A stretch of 64,000 bases of DNA from an uncultured Actinomycetes bacterium (GTDB lineage: Bacteria > Actinomycetota > UBA4738 > HRBIN12), in assembly GCA_963835415.1 (NCBI GenBank), contig CAWIFZ010000007.1, forward strand, positions 5,358 through 69,357, written 5' to 3'. Positions 55,576 to 63,744 of the stretch are shown here, piece after piece. Positions within the stretch are counted from its first letter, which is position 1, and each line of letters opens with the position of its first letter. A program made the translations under genes and the position numbers. The notes below the pieces were generated by a model that was not told where the DNA came from, searched no databases, and saw nothing but the letters and a program-made list of their open reading frames with translations.

Positions 55576-56191
55576 TTGTCGTCCTTGGACTCCAAGACGA
55601 CCCGCTGGGCGTCGTTCCACCCACGCTTCACGGTGCTCTCCTCGAGCGGTTCCTCTTCTCCCCGGAAGAACATCCGCATGCCTTCCGCCCAATCGAGGGT
55701 GCGCAGTTGATCTTCGGTCAGCATGTCGAACTCCCCTCTCGCCTTCTCGGTCAGCGTCAGCGCGTCCTCCGGCGTCCCCATGAACTCGAAATGCATCCAG
55801 TCCTGGGACGTCTCGTAGTGCCCGCCCCAACGGAACCCCCACGACTCCCAGAAGTCCCCCATCTCTTCCGGGATCGCGTGGCTCACGCCGCCGAACGGGT
55901 TCTCGGGCGCATTGATGTCGATCGCGAGTCCCCACGAGTGGTTCGATGGGGTGTCGGTGAACCCGCCGGTCGGAGTCTTGATGGGGCGGTTCGCATAGCC
56001 CCAGCACCACCCGTCCTTCAGCGTGAGCCAGCCCTGATCGACGGATGCTGCGATGAGCGTTTCCATCAGACCGGCGACGTCGCGATGGACGCCCCCGGGA
56101 AGGAGATCCCGCCCACCACCAGATCGACCATCTCGGCTGACCGCACCGCGGGCCAACCGTCGCCCCATCCGCGCTCTGACGCATCGACCAT
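55572..56191 (-). pseudogene. M15 family zinc D-Ala-D-Ala carboxypeptidase-like peptidase (VanY/M15_4 type); frameshifted near 56095
   Basis: ATG 56191 (SD GGAGGG): MVDASERGWGDGWPAVRSAEMVDLVVGGISFPGG, then VHRDVAGLMETL...SNHSWGLAIDINAPENP...DWMHFEF. G5 where G6 would restore the frame. Length is 620 nt. Confidence 0.75.
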
Positions 56192-56370
56192 CGCTCATCC
56201 CTCCGGCTAACCGATGGGTCAGGGCGAACCTACTTCGGCGTTGCACGATGCGGAACTGGGCATCCGCCTAGGATCCGAGCCCGAACGATGTAGCCCGGGA
56301 TGGAGGGACGTAGCCCGCGATAACTAGCACGCCGATGCGCTGGTGAAGCTCTCCTTTCGCAACGACAGCC

Positions 56371-57294
56371 TCAGACGATCAGCAGGTGCTCCCGGAGGAC
56401 CGCCGCGGACGCTTCGAGTCGCTGCTGCTCGTCCTCGTCGATCGAGACGCCCAACTCCCGGACGATCCCGGAACCGCTCACCAGCCGTGGCAACGAGAGC
56501 GCGCAGCCGTAGTCGGGACTCGTCGCGCTGACGGTCAGGATCGAACGCCGATCGCGCAGGATCACCTCGACGGCACGTGCGATGACGGCGGCAACGCCGA
56601 AGTAGGTCGCGCCCTTCCCACGGATGATGGCGTCCGCGGCGTGCACCACCTCGTCTTCGACCCGGCGTCGATCCTCGTCCGTGAACGCGCCACCCATCGC
56701 GCTCGCGAACTCTGCCGGAGCCTGACCGGCGATGTCGAGGCTGCTCCACACCAGGACCTCCGAGTCCCCGTGCTCCCCCACGACGTACGCGTGAACGTGC
56801 GTCACGTCGACGCCGATCGCCGCCGCCATGATCTGGCGGAACCGCGCCGTGTCGAGCATGGTCCCGGTACCGAACACGCGTCCGACAGCTACGCCGGCCT
56901 CGCTCGCGCACCGCTCGGCGACCGAGGTCATCACATCGACCGGGTTCGTCGCCACCAGCAGGATGGCGTCCGGAGCGTGCCGGAGCACGTCGGGGACGAC
57001 GGAGGCGACGATGGACGCGTTGCTCGACACGAGGTCGAGCCGACTCTGGCCCGGCGTCTGGGCCGAGCCCGCCGTGAGGACGACGACACGCGAGCCCACG
57101 AGGTCGGCCGTGTGGCCCCAGGCGACTCGGACCGGCGCGCCGAACGGCGCCACATGGGCGACGTCGGCGGCCTCGGCGGCCGCTCGTGACTCGTCCATGT
57201 CCACCAACACGATCTCGGTGGGGATGCCGCGCAGGACCAGCGCGTTGGCGGCCGCGGCTCCGACGAACCCGGCTCCGACGATGCCGACCTTCAC
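56371..57294 (-). CDS. ldh: L-lactate dehydrogenase
   Basis: MKVGIVGAGFVG, AQTPGQSRLDLV (Gln at the substrate-specificity position), ATNPVDVMT, GTMLDTARFR, VVGEHGDSEV. GTG start. Confidence 0.85.
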   Translation of the reverse strand: MKVGIVGAGFVGAAAANALVLRGIPTEIVLVDMDESRAAAEAADVAHVAPFGAPVRVAWGHTADLVGSRVVVLTAGSAQTPGQSRLDLVSSNASIVASVVPDVLRHAPDAILLVATNPVDVMTSVAERCASEAGVAVGRVFGTGTMLDTARFRQIMAAAIGVDVTHVHAYVVGEHGDSEVLVWSSLDIAGQAPAEFASAMGGAFTDEDRRRVEDEVVHAADAIIRGKGATYFGVAAVIARAVEVILRDRRSILTVSATSPDYGCALSLPRLVSGSGIVRELGVSIDEDEQQRLEASAAVLREHLLIV

Positions 57295-57306
57295 CGGCTC
57301 ACCCTA
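57292..57306 (-). promoter_or_regulatory. TAGGGT hexamer 6 nt upstream of the ldh GTG (possible internal leaderless promoter)
   Basis: Coding strand TAGGGT-gagccg-GTG, inside the 23-nt gap after the SDR stop. No SD. Confidence 0.35.
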
Positions 57307-57317
57307 GTCGGAGTGGA

Positions 57318-58016
57318 TCACGACAGGGACCAGCCTCCGTCGACGCGAACCTCGCCCCCGACCATCGATGGATTCTCGAGGAGGAACACGGCGGCATCGG
57401 TGACGTCCCGCATCACGACCAGATGTCCGCTGGGCGTTCGCGCCAACACCGCCTCCAGCGCCTCGGTCTTCGGGGCCCAGAACGGGCTGTCGCTCGCGAT
57501 ACCCGGGTGGAGCGCGTTGACCCTGATCGGTGAGATCTCGGCGACCAGCGTCCGGACGAGCCCGTCGACCGCGGCGTTGACCGTCGTCACGGTGGTCGAA
57601 CCGGGATAGGGCCGCAACTTGGCGAGTCCGCCGTACACCACGATCGACGCGTCGTCGGTCATCCGGGGAAGCAGCGTGTGGACGACCTCGGTGTAGCCGA
57701 CGAGCTTCAGCGTCGCCAGGCGCATGGCCGACGCGATGTCGTAGTCCGCGACCGTGTTGAGGTCGCGCTCCAACGCCGCGAGGGCCAGCCGATCGACGTC
57801 GCCGACGGGCTCGAGCGCCGCATCGATCGAGGCCGGATCGGCAAGGTCGAACGCGACGCCCGTCACCCGCTCTCCGATCCCTGCGGCGATCCTCGATGCC
57901 CGCTCCGCGTCGCGCCCGGAGATCACCACCGTGCGTCCCATGCCGGCGTAACGCTGGGCGAGGTCCAATCCCAACCCCGACGTGCCGCCGACCACCACCA
58001 CGGTCCCCTCTGCCAT
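57318..58016 (-). CDS. SDR family oxidoreductase
   Basis: ATG 58016 with SD AGGAGGAA. VVVGGTSGLGLDLA glycine-rich motif. 232 aa. Confidence 0.85.
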   Translation of the reverse strand: MAEGTVVVVGGTSGLGLDLAQRYAGMGRTVVISGRDAERASRIAAGIGERVTGVAFDLADPASIDAALEPVGDVDRLALAALERDLNTVADYDIASAMRLATLKLVGYTEVVHTLLPRMTDDASIVVYGGLAKLRPYPGSTTVTTVNAAVDGLVRTLVAEISPIRVNALHPGIASDSPFWAPKTEALEAVLARTPSGHLVVMRDVTDAAVFLLENPSMVGGEVRVDGGWSLS

Positions 58017-58027
58017 CGTTCCTCCTG

Positions 58028-58924
58028 TCAGCCTTCCTCGGATGTCGCCGCGCGCAGGTACTCCCAGTCGCGAGCGAACCGGTACGAATGGCGCGATGGA
58101 GGCTGCGGTGCTTGTGTTTCCAGCCATCGGACCACACCGGGACCGGGGTTCGAGAACGCGTGGACGCACCCGACGCCCGCCCATGCGATGTCCCCGACCT
58201 CCAACCGGTACGGCTCCCCGTCGAACGTCGCATCGACCGAGCCGTCGAGGATCAGGTACGTCTCCTCGAACGGATGGTCGTGCTGGCCGGCCAGCCCGCG
58301 CGGCTCGTACTGCACCATGAACATCGTGAGCATCCGCGCCCCGAGCTCCCCGTCGACCATCATCTTGACCGTGATGCCGCTGTAGACGAGCAGCGCCGTC
58401 CGCATGCTCGCCGAGACGGCCAGCATGTCCTGCGTCTGCTTGTCGACCTCCATGTTCGCCGGGTCGACATGGCCGAACGAACGCGTGCGCGGATCGCGCA
58501 CATCGATCGGTTCGGGAGCCCGCACGGGGAAGGCGGGCACCGGGTAGGTGTCGCCGGCGACGCGGGAGCGCGGCTGAGGCGCGAACATGCCGGCCCACCG
58601 CACCGGCGCGTCCGAAACGTTGCGGAGCGCGTGCGGCGCACCCGTGGCGACGACGCCGTAGTCGCCGGCACCAAGTTGGAACGCGCCGTCGCCGGTGTCG
58701 ACGACCAGCTCACCTCCGAGCACGAAGAAGCTGTCCTCGTAGCTGTGAACGTGCGCGGGGATCGCGCCGCCGGGCTCGAGCTCGCAGATCGCGAACCCCG
58801 TGTGGACGGCACCGGGCGTCTCCTCGTCCACGACGAAGCACCGCCGGAATCCGGTCGCGGTTGTGCCCACAGGGACGGCGAGGTCCAGCTCGCCGTCCCT
58901 GCGGACGAGATGACGGGAGCTCAC
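58028..58924 (-). CDS. Bicupin protein
   Basis: 298 aa with two cupin modules (GGAIPAHVHSYEDSFFVLGGEL...GDYGVVATGAPHAL and GLAGQHDHPFEETYLILDGSV...GDIAWAGVGCVHAF). The GTG overlaps the amidohydrolase stop (GTGA). Confidence 0.75.
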   Translation of the reverse strand: MSSRHLVRRDGELDLAVPVGTTATGFRRCFVVDEETPGAVHTGFAICELEPGGAIPAHVHSYEDSFFVLGGELVVDTGDGAFQLGAGDYGVVATGAPHALRNVSDAPVRWAGMFAPQPRSRVAGDTYPVPAFPVRAPEPIDVRDPRTRSFGHVDPANMEVDKQTQDMLAVSASMRTALLVYSGITVKMMVDGELGARMLTMFMVQYEPRGLAGQHDHPFEETYLILDGSVDATFDGEPYRLEVGDIAWAGVGCVHAFSNPGPGVVRWLETQAPQPPSRHSYRFARDWEYLRAATSEEG

Positions 58925-60288
58925 GATGTCGCGGCCTCCCGCTGCTTCTTGGCGAGGGCATCGCGCAGGTAGGCGCTCGACGCCTCAACCTTCTTCAGCG
59001 CGGAGCCCCAGTCGCCCGTGAGCTTCCCGTTCCGCTTGCGGATCTGCCCACCGATGATCACGGTGTCGACGTTCGCGGTGTCGGCCGCCAGCACCACGGT
59101 CGCGATCGGGTCGACGATCGGCGCGGTGCCGGGAGCGGATCCGTCGATCACGACCACGTCCGCCTGCTTGCCGGGCGTGAGGGAGCCGGTGCGCGCTTCC
59201 AGACCGGCCACGTGCGCGCCGTCGAGCGTCGCCATCGTCAGCATGTCGCGCGCCGTGAGCGCGTCGGACGGGAGCGGCTCCTCGCTCTGCCACACCGAAT
59301 CGTTGGAACGCCACCGCTCGGCGCTGAACGCGCATCGCATCTCCGTGAACATGTCGCCCGGCACCGTGGTCACCACGTCGATCGACAGGCTCGGACGGAG
59401 CCCGTACGAACGTGCCTTCTGGATGGGGGGCCACCCGTGCCCCATCTGCATCTCTACCTGGGGAGCGATCGAGATCGTGCCCTTGCTCTTCGCGACCAGG
59501 TCCCACTCCTCGTCGCTGAAGTAGCAACAGTGGATGTACGTCGTGTCGGCGCCGAGCAACCCGAGACCGTCAAGTTGCTTGACCATCCCCCACTTGCCGG
59601 CGAGCTTGCCCATCGCGATGTGCACGGTGATCGGGATGCCCAGGTCGCGCGCCATCCCCCACTCCTCGCGGACCACATCGTCCTGGCAGAACCCCGGGCC
59701 GCGCGTCGCGAGTCCGAGGGTGAGGAGGCCGTCGTCGGACGAGAAGTACGTGTCCCTGATCCGCGTCACGTCATCGCGCGGGATGGCGATCGAGCTGTTG
59801 AACCAGTAGTCGGCGAGCGACGTGTTCGCGCTGCCGTACGCGTAGAGCGAACGGATGCCGGATTCCTTCAGCCCCTGGATGCCCGCGTCCGGATGGTCCG
59901 GTGTGTTGTTGATGTGCGACCAGTCGACGAGCGTCGTGATGCCCGCGTTGATGCACTCCAGCGAGCCCGCCAGGTTGCTGGCGTAGACGTCCTCGGGCCG
60001 GTAGAGCGGCGCGAAGCTGTCGAGCACCTCGACGAAGTAGTCGTCGAGCGTCGCGTCCGGCGCACAGCTGCGGATCGCGGCCTCCCACGTGTGCCGGTGC
60101 GTGTCGACGAAGCCGGGGATCACGACGCTTCCCGAGCAGTCGATCACCTCCGCGTCGGCCGACAGGTCCTTGCCCACGGCCGCGATCGTGTCGCCCTCGA
60201 TCAGGACGTCGCCTCCGGCGATGTCGCCCAGCGCGGGATCCACCGTGATCACGTGGCCACCCCGCAGCATGATCCGGTCAGCCATCAT
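58921..60288 (-). CDS. Amidohydrolase family protein (cytosine/guanine-deaminase or chlorohydrolase-like)
   Basis: 455 aa. VIPGFVDTHRHTWE metal-binding HxH motif, HIAMG, IHCCY, SIDVV. SD AGGAAGGGG. Confidence 0.85.
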   Translation of the reverse strand: MMADRIMLRGGHVITVDPALGDIAGGDVLIEGDTIAAVGKDLSADAEVIDCSGSVVIPGFVDTHRHTWEAAIRSCAPDATLDDYFVEVLDSFAPLYRPEDVYASNLAGSLECINAGITTLVDWSHINNTPDHPDAGIQGLKESGIRSLYAYGSANTSLADYWFNSSIAIPRDDVTRIRDTYFSSDDGLLTLGLATRGPGFCQDDVVREEWGMARDLGIPITVHIAMGKLAGKWGMVKQLDGLGLLGADTTYIHCCYFSDEEWDLVAKSKGTISIAPQVEMQMGHGWPPIQKARSYGLRPSLSIDVVTTVPGDMFTEMRCAFSAERWRSNDSVWQSEEPLPSDALTARDMLTMATLDGAHVAGLEARTGSLTPGKQADVVVIDGSAPGTAPIVDPIATVVLAADTANVDTVIIGGQIRKRNGKLTGDWGSALKKVEASSAYLRDALAKKQREAATS

Positions 60289-60317
60289 CGTCCCCTTCCT
60301 GCTCGTCGCATCCGCCG

Positions 60318-61292
60318 TCAGTGCACCGCTCGGCGGACGCCCTCCACGATCCGTTCGACCGATGGGATCGCGAGGTCCTCCAACGCGTCGGCCGACGGGA
60401 GCGGGAGATGCGGCGTCGTCACGCGGATGATCGGGCCGTCGAGCGAGTAGAACGACTCCTCCGCCACGATCGACGCGACCTCGGCACCCCATCCACACAG
60501 GCGTGGGTTCTCTTCGACCGTGACGAACCGGCTCGTCCTGCCGACGGACTCGAGGATCGTCGTCACGTCGAGCGGGACGAGCGAGCGCACGTCGATCACC
60601 TCGGCCGACACGCCGTCGCCGGCCAGCATGTCCGCGGCAGCGACCGCCTTGGGGACCATCGCCCCGAGCGCACAGATCGTGACGTCTTCGCCCGCCCGCA
60701 CGACGCGCGCCGTCCCCAGACGGTCGACGACCTCGCCGTCGGGCACCTCGCCCTTGGTCGAGTACAGGACCTTGGGCTCGACGACGATCACGGGATCGGG
60801 ATCGCGGACCGCGGCGGCGAACAGGCCCACCATGTCGACGGGGCTGGACGGCACGACGACCTTCAGGCCCGGGATGGCCATCGCCCAGCTCTCCACGCTC
60901 TGCGAGTGCTGCGCACCGAACCGGACGCCGCCCCCGTTGGCGGTCCGGATCACGAGCGGGAGGGCCACCTGCCCGTTCGTCATGTACCGAGCTTTCGCGA
61001 TCTGGTTCGCGATCAGATCCCAGCACACCGCGAAGAAGTCGCTGAACATGATCTCGGCGATGGGTCGCAGGCCGTTCATCGCGGCGCCCATCACGGCGCC
61101 GATGATCGCCTGTTCCGAGATCGGCGTGTCGCGCACGCGCCGCGGGCCGAACCGCTCGAGCAGTCCCTCGGTCGTCTTGAACACGCCGCCGGCGGCGGCC
61201 ACGTCCTCGCCCAGGAAGTACACCGTGGGGTCGCGCTCCATCTCCTGCGCGATCCCGCGCGCGACGGCCTCGCGGTACGTCAGTTCCGCCAC
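60318..61292 (-). CDS. Thiamine-diphosphate-dependent 2-oxoacid dehydrogenase E1 component, beta subunit
   Basis: 324 aa: YREAVARGIAQEMERDPTVYFLGEDV...RVRDTPISEQAIIGAVMGAAMNGLRPIAEIMFSDF...HSQS. Confidence 0.9.
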   Translation of the reverse strand: MAELTYREAVARGIAQEMERDPTVYFLGEDVAAAGGVFKTTEGLLERFGPRRVRDTPISEQAIIGAVMGAAMNGLRPIAEIMFSDFFAVCWDLIANQIAKARYMTNGQVALPLVIRTANGGGVRFGAQHSQSVESWAMAIPGLKVVVPSSPVDMVGLFAAAVRDPDPVIVVEPKVLYSTKGEVPDGEVVDRLGTARVVRAGEDVTICALGAMVPKAVAAADMLAGDGVSAEVIDVRSLVPLDVTTILESVGRTSRFVTVEENPRLCGWGAEVASIVAEESFYSLDGPIIRVTTPHLPLPSADALEDLAIPSVERIVEGVRRAVH

Positions 61293-62281
61293 GTGGAGCC
61301 TCCGTCGGCCCAGAGCTCGGTCATGAGCTGCGAGGCATCGGGGAACGGCCCCGCCTTGGCCTCCTCCGTCGCGCGATCGACCGACGCCAGCGCGGCTCCC
61401 TCGATCTCATCCAGGGTGGCGCTCTCGACGCCGTCGGCGAGCAACCGCTCCCGGTACGTCGGGATCGGATCGCGCGCGAGCCACGCCTTGACCTCGGCCT
61501 CCGGCCGGTACTTGGCGGGATCGGCGCGCGAGTGCCCTCCGTGGCGATACGTCTTCGCCTCGACCAGCGACGGGCCACCGCCCGAGCGCGCTCGGTCAAC
61601 GACGCGCATCGCGGTGGCGTGAACCGCGTCGGCGTCGTTCCCGTCGACGATGATCGATTCCAAGCCGTACGCGGATGCGCGATCGGCCGCAGGATGTTCG
61701 ACCGCCGTCACCTCGCCGATCGGCGTGTATTCCATGTAGAGGTTGTTCTCGCAGACGAAGACCACGGGCAGCTTCCACACGACCGCCATGTTGAGCGCCT
61801 CGTGGAACGCGCCGATGTTCGTGGTGCCGTCGCCGAAGAAGCAGACGACGACCTGACCCGTCTCGCGCTCCTGCGCGGCCCACGCCGCACCGGCCGCGAT
61901 CGGCATGTGGGCGCCCACGATGGCGTACGAGCCCATCGCGCCGTGTTCGACGCTCGTGAGGTGCATCGACCCACCCTTGCCGCCGCAGATCCCGGTCGCG
62001 CGTCCCAGCAGCTCGGCCATCAGCGCGCCCATCGGCGCGCCTCGGAGCAGCGTGTGCACGTGACCGCGATACGTGCAGAAGACGAGATCGTCGGTGCGGA
62101 GCGCCGCGGCGAAGCCTGCCGCCACGGCTTCCTGTCCGAGCGCCAGGTGGGACGTGCCCTTGACGAGCCCCTCGAGGAACAGGTCCTGCGCGCGGCGTTC
62201 GAACAGCCGCGCCTCCTGCATCATGCGGTACATGTCGAGGCGGACCGCTTCATCCGCCAGCGTGACCACCTCGCTCGCCAC
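61280..62281 (-). CDS. Thiamine-diphosphate-dependent 2-oxoacid dehydrogenase E1 component, alpha subunit
   Basis: 333 aa: GQEAVAAGFAAAL...YRGHVH...GGKGGSMH...FFGDGTTNIGAFHEALNMAVVWKLPVVFVCENNLY (TPP motif)...YRHGGHS. Confidence 0.9.
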   Translation of the reverse strand: MASEVVTLADEAVRLDMYRMMQEARLFERRAQDLFLEGLVKGTSHLALGQEAVAAGFAAALRTDDLVFCTYRGHVHTLLRGAPMGALMAELLGRATGICGGKGGSMHLTSVEHGAMGSYAIVGAHMPIAAGAAWAAQERETGQVVVCFFGDGTTNIGAFHEALNMAVVWKLPVVFVCENNLYMEYTPIGEVTAVEHPAADRASAYGLESIIVDGNDADAVHATAMRVVDRARSGGGPSLVEAKTYRHGGHSRADPAKYRPEAEVKAWLARDPIPTYRERLLADGVESATLDEIEGAALASVDRATEEAKAGPFPDASQLMTELWADGGSTWRN

Positions 62282-62290
62282 GGATCCCCC

Positions 62291-63550
62291 TCAGTACTCG
62301 TTCGCGACCATGAGCTCTTCGCACGGGAAGAGCGTGATGATCCGTGGTCCGTCGGCGGTCACGATGATCTCCTCTTCGATCCGCGCGGCCGAGCGGCCGT
62401 CGGAGGCCGGGCAGTAGGTCTCCAGGGCGAACAGCATGCCCTCCTTCAGCTCGATCGGCTCCTCGAACGAGTTGAGCCGGCTGATGATGGGCCGCTCGTG
62501 CAGCCCGACGCCGACCCCGTGGCCGAACTGCAGCCCGAACGCGTCCATCTCGTCGGCGAAACCGAACTCCTCCGCCTTCGGCCACACCGCGGCCAGGTCT
62601 GCCGTCGACGCACCGGGCTTCACCAGATCGATCGCGGCGTCCATCCATTCGCGAGACCGCTTGAACGCATCCCGCTGCGCCGTGGTCGCGCGGCCGACCA
62701 CGAACGTGCGGTAGTAGCACGTCCGATAGCCGTTGTTCACGTGGATGATGTCGAAGTACGCCTGGTCGCCCGGGCGGATCAACCGGTCCGAGAACACGTG
62801 CGGGTGCGGGCTGCAGCGCTCGCCGGCGATCGAGTTGATCGCCTCGACGAACTCCGAGCCCATCTCGAACAACCGCTTGTGCGCCAGCGCGACGACGTCG
62901 CTCTCCCGGACACCGGGCTTGAGGAACTCGTAGATGTCCTGATACACGCCGTCGACCATCGCGCACGCCTGCGTGAGCAGGATCAGCTCGTCCGGGTTCT
63001 TGATCTCGCGCGCGAGCATCATCACCTGTTGCCCATCGCGCACGTCGATCCCGGCGCGCTGCAACTCGAGGAACACCGTGGTCTCGGCCAGGTCGACGCC
63101 GAGCGGCATGTCGCCGACCCCGTCCTCCTTCAGCACGGAACGGATCTCCTCGGCCGCACGCTTCTGCAGACCGACGGCCGGCGAGATAGCTCCCTGCAGA
63201 CCGGTGTTGCCGCCGACCGAGTTCGTCATGTCGTAGAGCTGCGGGAGCTGCAGACGATGCGCCTTCGCGGCCGAACCGAAGTCCCAGATGCGAGGCGGCC
63301 CCGTCCGGGTGATCAGGGCGTAGCGCTCACCCTTGTTGAACGCCCAGTAGCCGATGTGGGTGCTGGTGGCGTAGCGGATGTTGCTGGTCTCGAACAGCAG
63401 CACCGCACCCAGGTCGGAGGCCTCGAGCTGCTCCTTCACCCGCGCGAGCCGGTAGCCGCGCAGGCGGTCGAAGTCCACACGGTTCTCCCAGTCAACGCCA
63501 TGGAGTCCGGGAGCCGGGCTGGTCGCAACCGGGAAGTCGTCCGTCGTCAT
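62291..63550 (-). CDS. M24 family metallopeptidase (creatinase/Xaa-Pro dipeptidase-like)
   Basis: 419 aa. Creatinase-N-like N-terminus and a pita-bread C-terminal domain (DIIHVNNGYRTCYYRTF, GHGVGVGLHERP, ALETY). SD GAGGGGG. Confidence 0.85.
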   Translation of the reverse strand: MTTDDFPVATSPAPGLHGVDWENRVDFDRLRGYRLARVKEQLEASDLGAVLLFETSNIRYATSTHIGYWAFNKGERYALITRTGPPRIWDFGSAAKAHRLQLPQLYDMTNSVGGNTGLQGAISPAVGLQKRAAEEIRSVLKEDGVGDMPLGVDLAETTVFLELQRAGIDVRDGQQVMMLAREIKNPDELILLTQACAMVDGVYQDIYEFLKPGVRESDVVALAHKRLFEMGSEFVEAINSIAGERCSPHPHVFSDRLIRPGDQAYFDIIHVNNGYRTCYYRTFVVGRATTAQRDAFKRSREWMDAAIDLVKPGASTADLAAVWPKAEEFGFADEMDAFGLQFGHGVGVGLHERPIISRLNSFEEPIELKEGMLFALETYCPASDGRSAARIEEEIIVTADGPRIITLFPCEELMVANEY

Positions 63551-63744
63551 CTCGCCCCCTCGGTGTGCAGTGTCGCTCTACGAACGGTAAGCCATCCTTG
63601 ACAGGCTGTGTCGGGCCTCACGATAGTCGCGCACGCCCTGACTGCACAACTTCGCCGCAGAGCGTGCGTAAGGCCGGCGTGGCACGCACGTCGCCCGCCG
63701 TGCGCCTATGCTCGCGAGATCGCCGATCGTGGAAGGAGTGGATC

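Noticed and set aside
55572-56191. M15 peptidase as a prophage endolysin
   Set aside because: There are no holin-sized gene, portal, terminase, tail or integrase genes nearby. The flanks are ordinary metabolic genes with matching GC.
9275-56191. Programmed ribosomal frameshifting as an explanation for the broken genes
   Set aside because: The breaks occur in about 22 unrelated genes, in both directions (+1 and -1). They lack a shared slippery heptamer or downstream structure, and several are simple homopolymer length changes.
61532-63601. 689-aa plus-strand ORF
   Set aside because: It is antisense to the E1 alpha and M24 genes, both of which have unambiguous family motifs on the other strand.
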